Shown here: positions 25,248 through 32,000 of the stretch, piece after piece
Layout of the letters: every line of letters starts with the position of its first letter
How positions within the stretch are numbered: the first letter of the stretch is position 1
Assembly (NCBI GenBank): GCA_042850255.1
Contig: AP031373.1
Span: 30,001-62,000 of the forward strand
Reading direction: 5' to 3'
DNA length: 32,000 nt
Source: Nanobdellota archaeon
GTDB lineage: Archaea > Nanobdellota > Nanobdellia > Nanobdellales > Nanobdellaceae
Notes under the pieces: model-generated
The model's input: the letters and a program-made list of their open reading frames with translations, nothing else
What the model was told of the DNA's origin: nothing
The model's database searches: none
Position numbers and translations under genes: made by a program

Positions 25248-26317
25248 TGATAATAAAAGAAAGTTTTGAGAAGCATTTTAAAGAATTATTAGGAGATAAG
25301 TATGAATTATTTTTAGAATGGTCATTTAGATTATTAAAAAAATCTATAAGAATAAATACTATAAAAGTAAAAGATGATATAAATTTTGAAAATTTAAAGG
25401 ATATATTATTAGAAAAACAAGATCATTTAAGGGAAAAAGAATTAGAAGAAATATATAAAAAAATAGATAATCTATACAATTTAAAACAGAATCCTTTTAG
25501 ATTAGATATTAGTGCAAAAGAAATATTATCAAGATTAAAAGAAAAAGGATGGGAAATTGAAAGAATTCCTTTTTATAAATATGGATTTTGGGTAAAGGGA
25601 GATAGGAGAGATATAGGAAATACTATAGAATTTCAATTAGGATATTATTATCCGCAAGAAGCTGCATCTATGATTCCTCCCATAGCATTAGATCCAAAAA
25701 ACAATGATTTAATATTAGATTTAGCAGCATCTCCAGGTTCAAAAACTACACAAATTGCAATGCACATGGAAAATGAAGGATTAATTATAGCAAATGACGT
25801 ATCTATTGATAGAATAAAAGCATTAGGAGAAAATTTACAAAGACAAGGGATAATTAATACAATTGTAACAATGATGGATGGAAGAAAAATAGATGAATTG
25901 AATTTAAAATTTGATAAAATTTTATTGGATACTCCATGTTCAGGTACTGGTGCTATAAGAAAATCATATAAAACATTAAAAATATGGAACGAAAAAACAA
26001 TAGAAAGATTAAATAGGTTACAGAGGCAATTAATTTTAAAAGCATTTGATGTATTGAAAGATGAGGGAGTTTTAGTTTATTCTACATGTTCAATAGAACC
26101 TTTAGAAGATGAATTTGTAGTAGATTATTTATTGTCAAAAAGAGAAAATGCAAAAATAGAGAAAATAGATATTCCAAATTTAAATAAATCTGAAATAATT
26201 TCTGAATATAAAGGATTAAAATTAAAACATGAAGATGAAATAAAAAATACTATTAGGTTATGGCCATGGGATAATGATACAGAAGGTTTTTATATTGCAA
26301 AAATAAGGAAATTATAA
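25247..26317 (+). CDS. NOL1/NOP2/Sun-family RNA cytosine-C5 methyltransferase
   Basis: The SAM site is DLAASPGSKTTQIA. The catalytic Cys motifs are DTPCSGTG and YSTCSIEPLEDE. Confidence 0.9.
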   Translation: MIIKESFEKHFKELLGDKYELFLEWSFRLLKKSIRINTIKVKDDINFENLKDILLEKQDHLREKELEEIYKKIDNLYNLKQNPFRLDISAKEILSRLKEKGWEIERIPFYKYGFWVKGDRRDIGNTIEFQLGYYYPQEAASMIPPIALDPKNNDLILDLAASPGSKTTQIAMHMENEGLIIANDVSIDRIKALGENLQRQGIINTIVTMMDGRKIDELNLKFDKILLDTPCSGTGAIRKSYKTLKIWNEKTIERLNRLQRQLILKAFDVLKDEGVLVYSTCSIEPLEDEFVVDYLLSKRENAKIEKIDIPNLNKSEIISEYKGLKLKHEDEIKNTIRLWPWDNDTEGFYIAKIRKL

Positions 26318-26354
26318 TTCTGGAAATAATATAATGTTAAGAACTTTATAGTAA

Positions 26355-26429
26355 TGCCCCCGAGGGGATTCGAACCCCTGATCTCCAGGACCGAAGCCCG
26401 GAATGTTGTCCTGGCTACACTACGGGGGC
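26355..26429 (-). tRNA. tRNA-Arg (UCG)
   Basis: The reverse complement is GCCCCCGTAGTGTAGCCAGGACAACATTCCGGGCTTCGGTCCTGGAGATCAGGGGTTCGAATCCCCTCGGGGGCA. The anticodon loop is CTTCGGT. Confidence 0.9.
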
Positions 26430-27935
26430 CTTATTTATTAATTCTAAATATGATTTATAATATTCATCAAAATATTGATCAAAAGAATAATTAATATTAT
26501 ATCTTTTTGATAGATAATTATATATATCGATAACTCTCTTTGGATAGTTTTTATCTGGTAAAGAATTTGATAACATTTGATATTCTAACATTTTCTTAAA
26601 TATTTCTTCTTTCTTTATATTTTTTTCAATTGAAAATTCATTAGATATATTATTTATTTCATATGTTGATTCTAATCTTCCGAAATTGTATATTGCATAA
26701 TCCTTTGGATTAAATATATTCATTAAATGATCTGAAAAATATTTATCATATATTAAATTTGGTAAAAACAATCCTAAAGATAAATATGGATTTATGATTG
26801 ATGAATAATTATTTCCCAAAGGTATACAAAATGATATATCATTTATATTGAATACATTAGAAATATATCTGATATTTTTTCCTAAGATAGATAATTCTTC
26901 ATATGCAATTTTTTCTATTAAATATTTTGCAATATTATAATTTTTTTCTGAAGATAAATTATTTATATCAAAACCCGGTTTTTCTAAATCTTTAATTGTT
27001 ATTTTATTTAAATATAATCCTTCCATAATTAATCCTAATATGTATCCTAGATATAAAGTATCTAATCCATATTTATTTGCTGTATTTATTAAATCTGATA
27101 TTAAATTTTCATCAAATATACCAATAAATGGTCCCAACATATTAAAAGGTTCATATGGATATTCTTTCTTTAAATTTTTTATTAATGGATCTATATAATC
27201 ATTAAATATTTTTTTATTTTCTTCTTCAGAAAAATATATATTTCTAAAATTTAGAATTGGTATTTTTTCTGATATTAATTCATATACTTCCTTTATTGAT
27301 TCATGATATTTTACTTTTTCAAAATCTAATTCTAATTTTTTTATTTCTATCTTATTATCTCCTCCAATAGATAATCCTGTAATATTATGATAATTATATA
27401 ATATAGATCCTATTCCTCCTTTTGTTGCTTTAATTTTATTTCCTTCAAATACTATTAAATTTCCATATATTGTATATTTTGATCCTAAACCTTCTAATAA
27501 AATAATAAAATCTTTTCCAGAGTATATATCTTTTATTGTATTATAATATTCTTCCTTTTTCTTAAACAAATCTTCAGAAATTTCATCTTCTAGAAATATT
27601 ACATTATCATTATCAATAATTAAAAAATATTTTTTATCTGCCTTTCCTTTTAATATTATTAAATCATTCCCAGTTAATTTAATATATTTGCCAAATGAGG
27701 ATAAATTAATATCAATTGAACCTGTTATTGGTGATCTATAAATTATTAATGAATTTATATTTTCCTTATCTTTTGAATATCCTACTGAAAATATTGTTAA
27801 ATTATTTTCATATGGATCCTTTTCATATGTTTTATTATCTAAATGTAATTTTATTGAATAATCCAAAGTTTTTTCATTGATTATTTCATTTTTCACTTCT
27901 TTTTTATTAAGATCTATTAATAATGTTCTTATCAT
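26415..27935 (-). CDS. Aldehyde:ferredoxin oxidoreductase (AOR)-fold protein lacking the Fe-S ligand cysteines
   Basis: The N-terminal domain is colinear with AOR: IRTLLIDLNKKEV, DPYENNLTIFSVG, YRSPITGSI...FGKYIKLTGNDLIILKGKADKKYFLII and KGGIGSILYN. The later segment NKYGLDTLYLGYILGLIMEGLY also matches. The whole protein has only one Cys. Confidence 0.7.
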   Translation of the reverse strand: MIRTLLIDLNKKEVKNEIINEKTLDYSIKLHLDNKTYEKDPYENNLTIFSVGYSKDKENINSLIIYRSPITGSIDINLSSFGKYIKLTGNDLIILKGKADKKYFLIIDNDNVIFLEDEISEDLFKKKEEYYNTIKDIYSGKDFIILLEGLGSKYTIYGNLIVFEGNKIKATKGGIGSILYNYHNITGLSIGGDNKIEIKKLELDFEKVKYHESIKEVYELISEKIPILNFRNIYFSEEENKKIFNDYIDPLIKNLKKEYPYEPFNMLGPFIGIFDENLISDLINTANKYGLDTLYLGYILGLIMEGLYLNKITIKDLEKPGFDINNLSSEKNYNIAKYLIEKIAYEELSILGKNIRYISNVFNINDISFCIPLGNNYSSIINPYLSLGLFLPNLIYDKYFSDHLMNIFNPKDYAIYNFGRLESTYEINNISNEFSIEKNIKKEEIFKKMLEYQMLSNSLPDKNYPKRVIDIYNYLSKRYNINYSFDQYFDEYYKSYLELINKAPVV

Positions 27936-27971
27936 AATATAGATAAGATATCTAAAATAATATTAATTTAA

Positions 27972-28054
27972 GGACCCGTGCCCGAGAGGCCAAAGGGGCT
28001 CGGTTCAGGTCCGAGTGGTGAGAACCTTCGGGGGTTCGAATCCCCCCGGGTCCA
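27972..28054 (+). tRNA. tRNA-Leu (CAG), long variable arm
   Basis: The sequence is GGACCCGTGCCCGAGAGGCCAAAGGGGCTCGGTTCAGGTCCGAGTGGTGAGAACCTTCGGGGGTTCGAATCCCCCCGGGTCCA. The anticodon stem is CTCGG/CCGAG and the loop is TTCAGGT. Confidence 0.9.
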
Positions 28055-30020
28055 TTATATTAATATTAAAGCTCCCAATATTGCTCCAACTATTATTGGA
28101 TATAATATTTTTTCTGATGCAACCACAAATGAAGGGCTCATTGGAGAGTATGTTACAATTAATTGATATTGATTTCTTTCCATGATATTATTATTTATTT
28201 TCATATTAACGAACAGATAAGAAGATCCTATATAAAACGAATATACCGTAAATTTAATTATATATGACTGTCCGGGTTGTAAATTTGAGATAGTTATATT
28301 ATTTATTTTATAGATTGGTATTTGATTATAATATAATTCGGGGGTATTTCCTAACTGTTGAAAATCAATTGTAAGATTACTTACATTTACATCTCCTATA
28401 TTAGTTATATTCAATACTAAATAATAATATGGATTGTTTATATATAATTCAAATCCATTATTTACAGAATATATTAATTGGTTAGAATTTGGAGATACTA
28501 CATATGCCTGTAATTGAATTATATCTAAAAAAGGAACAACAGTAAAATTATAGGTATCAGATGCATAAGAGTATGTATTTGAGGCATTTATTGTTATATT
28601 ATAAGATCCAAGAGAAACTGATGTAGAAGAAGTTATATCAATTGGTATTGAACATGAAGTACTTGTAGTAGTACATGAATTACCTTGAGGGAATGAACAT
28701 GTAAATCCTGAAGGAGTATTACATGAAAATGTAACTGTTGTAGATGCACCTCCAGGATTATATATATTTGCTGTTGCTGTAGTAGATAAATATCCTCCTG
28801 GAGCAGAGGAACCGGAAGAGGGACTAAGAGTTACAGACGAAATATATGTACATGTTAAGTTTGGATTCTCTAATGCATTTATATTTGTATTTTCAAAAAT
28901 GAAGGCGTTAGTATCGTTATATAAGAAATAATCTATTGTACTCTCACCATTTACACTAGTAGGATAAAATGCATTTTGAATACAAAAAACAGTTAGGTTA
29001 TCAACAGTATTATTTACTATAGTATAAGTATTATTATTATAGAAATCTGGAGGCAAACCAAATATATAATCTACTAATGAAGCATCCATCATAAAAAATG
29101 AGTTATTGTATATATATGAATTGGCATAAATAGATGCGTAAGAAGTAGAAGCATTAATAGAAGAATTAAGATAAACAGCATAACTAGAATCATAAATATT
29201 AACATTAGAAAATAAATTATTGTATAGATATGAATAAGCATAAACATTATAATAAGAAGTAGAGGCAGAAGAAGATGGATAGAAATATATAGCATAAGTA
29301 GAATTGTAAATACTAACATTAGAAAATAAATTGTCATGTACATATGAATAAGCATAAGTATAGTAACTACTAGAAGAAGAGGAAGAAGATGGATAGAAAT
29401 ATATAGCATAAGTAGAATTGTAAATACTAACGTTAGAAAATAAATTATTGTATAGATATGAATCAGAAGATGACGTTGAAGAAGAGCTAGTAGATGAAGA
29501 AGAACTAGAATAAAAATAAATAGCATAATTTGAATTATAGATATTAACATTAGAAAAAGAATTATTGTATAGATATGAATAAGTATAGGCAGAAGGACCA
29601 CTATAACCAGTAGAACTGATGGAAGAACTGAAATATATAGCATATCCAGAATTGTAAATACTAACGTTAGAAAATGAATTGTTAGTTATATATAAATAAG
29701 CAGGGACTGGAGGATTATAAGAAGAAACAGAAGTATAGGAAGAAGAAGATGGATAGAAATATATAGAATAACTGGAATAATAAATAATAATATTAGAAAA
29801 AGAATTATTGGTTATATATAAAGAAGAATAGGCAGAAGGAATATTGGAAGCTGTAGATTGATATGCATATGCCGAAGAGGATGGATAGAAATATATAGCA
29901 TAAGTAGAATTGTAAATATAGATATTAGAAAATGAATTATTGGTTATATATAAATAAGAATAGACCGGTATATAATAATTATTATTGATAGTAGGTGAAT
30001 ATGAAGAAGAACTAGAATAA

Positions 30021-30040
30021 AAATAAATAGAAATAAATAG
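30021..30040. repeat. Perfect 10-bp tandem duplication AAATAAATAG x2 that causes the frameshift in the surface protein gene
   Basis: Positions 30021-30030 and 30031-40 are identical. Paralogous repeat units elsewhere in the gene have a single copy of this segment. Confidence 0.95.
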
Positions 30041-30125
30041 AATAACTAGAATTATAAATATTAACATTAGAAAAAGAATTATTATTTATATAAGAATACG
30101 AATAAATGGAATATTCGGAAGATCC

Positions 30126-30353
30126 GCTATTTGCAGAGGTGGAAGAAGAAGAACTAGAATAAAAATAAATAGCATAATTTGAATTATAGATATTAACATT
30201 AGAAAATAAGTTGTTATTAATATAAGAATCCGAATAGGCGCTATTTGCAGAGGTGGAAGAAGAAGAACTAGAATAAAAATAAATAGCATAATTTGAATTA
30301 TAGATATTAACATTAGAAAATAAGTTGTTATTAATATAAGAATCCGAATAGGC
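30126..30353. repeat. Two perfect 114-bp tandem copies inside the surface protein gene
   Basis: Positions 30126-30239 and 30240-30353 are identical by direct reading. Each encodes the 38-aa unit SDSYINNNLFSNVNIYNSNYAIYFYSSSSSSTSANSAY. Confidence 0.95.
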
Positions 30354-30864
30354 AGCAAAGTTAGAAGAAGCTGAGAAGGCGAAAGAAGAATAGAAATAAA
30401 TAGAATAACCTACATTCAATATATTCAAATTATTTATAGATACATTTTCTATATTTGCACTTTTCGAATTATAATATATTGCATAACTATTTGTACTTTC
30501 TCCGGGACCAATTATCCAATATCCATTCCCATTAATTATTACATTATTTGTTGTTATATTTATACAATAATATATACCTAGATTAGAATTATAAACAAAA
30601 TTTGTTAAATTATTTGTTAAATAATAAACACCTGGTTGGGATATTGTAACACCACAGGAAGATATGGGAGTTTGGGAATAAATATTATGATTAAATAAAA
30701 ATCCAAATATCAATAATGGTATGATATATATAAATTTCTTCATAAATATAATAAAATATTTAGAATTTATAAATATTCTGGATTTATGAAAGACCACATA
30801 TTCCTATATAAATTATTTAAAATATGTTTCGTTTATTTCCTTCCTTTTATCAATATAACATAAC

Positions 30865-30947
30865 TGCGGCGGAGGGGATTCGAACCCCTGGCGGATCTCT
30901 CCAATCGGACCTCAACCGACCCCCTTTGGCCACTCGGGCACCGCCGC
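30865..30947 (-). tRNA. tRNA-Leu (GAG), long variable arm
   Basis: The reverse complement is GCGGCGGTGCCCGAGTGGCCAAAGGGGGTCGGTTGAGGTCCGATTGGAGAGATCCGCCAGGGGTTCGAATCCCCTCCGCCGCA. The anticodon loop is TTGAGGT. Confidence 0.9.
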
Positions 30948-31052
30948 ATTATTATTTTATATCTAAAATAATTAAAATTTGTTATTTATATTATGAAATA
31001 GTAATAAAAGATATTATTTAATCTTATCAAGAAAGGAAAAGTAAAGATTATT

Positions 31053-32000
31053 ATGGAAACTGATGTAATTATAATTGGAGCAGGAGGTGGTGGATATCCT
31101 GGTGCATTTAGATTGACTAAAAATGGATATAGAGCAACTATGATAGATCAAAAAGGAGAATTGGGAGGGAATTGTTTATATTCTGGATGTATACCTTCAA
31201 AAACTATTAGAGAATTAGCACAAATTATATATAGAAATAAAAAATTATTTAATAAAGATTTAAATATAGATTTTTCTTTTATTCAAGATCATAAAGACAG
31301 AGTTCAAGAAATTAGATATAAACAACATAGAGAAGAATTAAAAGAATATGAAGAAAATCTAGAATTAATAAAGGGTAAAGCGAAATTATTAGATAATAAA
31401 ACTGTAGAGGTATATACTGAAGATAAAAAAGTAGAAATAAAAGGAAAATATATTATAATAGCTACTGGTAGTGAACCTGTAAAGATTGATTTTCCAGGAT
31501 CCGAATATACAATTACTAGTGATGATCTATATGGGTATAAAACTAAATTAAGAAAATTACCAAATGATATTACTATAATAGGAGGTGGATATATAGCAAT
31601 TGAAACTGCAAATATTTTAAAAAATCTAGGATATAATGTAAGAATATTAGTTAGAGGGAATAGAGTATTAAAAAATTTTGAAGACGAAATTGTAAATACG
31701 TTATTACCAATAATAAATCTAAATATAATATATAATGCACAAGTTTTAAGAATAAATAAAAAAGGAGAAGATGAATATGAAGTAATATATAGTAAAAATG
31801 GAGAGATAAAAAGCTTTACTACTGGTTTAGTAATGCTAGCTATTGGGAGAAAACCAGTTTTGCCAATTGGGGCTAAGAAAATATTAAATATAGATAAAAA
31901 TGGTTATATAATTGTAGATAATCATATGAGAACAAATATAAACAATATATTTGCTACGGGAGATGTAAATGGAAAAGCTCCATATTTTCATACAGCGGTA
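31053..32000 (+). CDS. Class I pyridine nucleotide-disulfide oxidoreductase (dihydrolipoamide dehydrogenase / glutathione or mercuric reductase-like), 3' end beyond the window
   Basis: My translation begins METDVIIIGAGGGGYPGAFRL...GELGGNCLYSGCIPSKTIREL, giving the FAD GxGxxG motif and the redox-active CxxxxC. A second Rossmann motif IIGGGYIAIE and ATGDVNGK follow. It is absent from the ORF track because no stop codon lies in the window. Confidence 0.85.
   Translation, partial: METDVIIIGAGGGGYPGAFRLTKNGYRATMIDQKGELGGNCLYSGCIPSKTIRELAQIIYRNKKLFNKDLNIDFSFIQDHKDRVQEIRYKQHREELKEYEENLELIKGKAKLLDNKTVEVYTEDKKVEIKGKYIIIATGSEPVKIDFPGSEYTITSDDLYGYKTKLRKLPNDITIIGGGYIAIETANILKNLGYNVRILVRGNRVLKNFEDEIVNTLLPIINLNIIYNAQVLRINKKGEDEYEVIYSKNGEIKSFTTGLVMLAIGRKPVLPIGAKKILNIDKNGYIIVDNHMRTNINNIFATGDVNGKAPYFHTAV

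Larger units (their letters stand above)
29090..30440. repeat. Degenerate coding tandem repeats of about 114-120 bp (38-40 aa beta-helix coils)
   Basis: The DNA motif ...ATAGCATAA(T/G)T(T/A)GAATT(A/G)TA(G/A)ATA(T/C)TAAC(A/G)TTAGAAAA... recurs about 11 times. Out-of-frame ORFs 29089-29643 and 30086-30358 are artefacts of it. Confidence 0.85.
28055..30797 (-). pseudogene. Large surface protein: signal peptide, about 11 parallel-beta-helix-like repeats, Cys/Thr/Ser-rich region, CARDB-like domain and C-terminal TM anchor. It is split into two ORFs by a frameshift at 30012-30067
   Basis: The upstream ORF (30012-30797) carries MKKFIYIIPLLIFGFLF (likely true start at 30743) and CGVTISQPGVYYLTNN. 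The repeats follow the pattern NN(S/L)FSNVxIYNSxYAIYFY(P)SSS. The downstream ORF (28055-30067) ends in the TM segment ILYPIIVGAILGALILI. Removing one 10-bp copy joins them in frame: 2733 nt, 910 aa. Confidence 0.8.

Noticed and set aside
27978-28166. Track ORFs 27978-28166 (+) and 30824-31021 (+).
   Set aside because: Their only non-trivial sequence is the GC-rich body of tRNA-Leu(CAG) and the reverse strand of tRNA-Leu(GAG). They are tRNA genes read as protein.
29089-30358. Track ORFs 29089-29643 and 30086-30358 (- strand, alternative frame), with internally repeated L/I/F-rich translations.
   Set aside because: These are out-of-frame readings of the surface-protein tandem repeats. The frame with the signal peptide, beta-helix repeat consensus and TM anchor is the coherent one.
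29090-30440. Regularly spaced repeats that might suggest a CRISPR array.
   Set aside because: The repeat units are about 114 bp, contiguous with no unique spacers, and translate in frame into a protein repeat. No cas genes lie nearby.
15013-30947. Split, permuted or intron-containing tRNA genes.
   Set aside because: All five tRNAs fold as contiguous cloverleaves with 7-nt anticodon loops and no insertion after position 37.

Overview
Extremely AT-rich, very tightly packed archaeal chromosome segment. The only GC-rich islands are five tRNA genes and two box C/D sRNA candidates. That pattern plus a reverse gyrase gene at the left edge points to a hyperthermophile with a reduced genome, possibly DPANN/Nanoarchaeota-like; the lineage call is inference only. 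Most of the window is information-processing housekeeping: Gins51, L44e, aIF2-alpha/Nop10/PAC2, Pelota, family B DNA polymerase, RtcB, RpoN, YchF-like NTPase, TtuA-type tRNA thiolase, Alba, S17e, pyrophosphatase and a NOL1/NOP2/Sun m5C methyltransferase. Interspersed are composition-biased (Asn/Tyr/Ser/Ile-rich) membrane and surface proteins and several orphans. Genes I added beyond the ORF track: reverse gyrase 5' part (1-527, -), nop10 (2787-2963, -), a frameshifted PIN/vapC remnant (15413-15752, +), an AbrB-like 58-aa gene (23752-23928, +), a truncated disulfide oxidoreductase (31053-32000, +), five tRNAs and two C/D sRNAs. No single clearly novel system stands out. The best candidates for a second look are listed here. 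(1) A ~910-aa beta-helix surface protein gene, bracketed by inverted tRNA-Leu genes, is broken by a perfect 10-bp tandem duplication. (2) An aldehyde:ferredoxin-oxidoreductase-fold protein has lost its cluster cysteines, and its last codons lie inside tRNA-Arg. (3) polB is translationally coupled to two cysteine-free coiled-coil proteins. (4) A free-standing HTH-LAGLIDADG endonuclease, a 442-aa orphan and an AbrB-like gene sit next to tRNA-iMet. (5) An ExeA-like AAA+/wHTH ATPase is coupled to TtuA and a small membrane protein, beside a decaying vapBC with shared ATGTT..AACAT palindromes. No CRISPR array, rRNA, transposase or integrase was seen.
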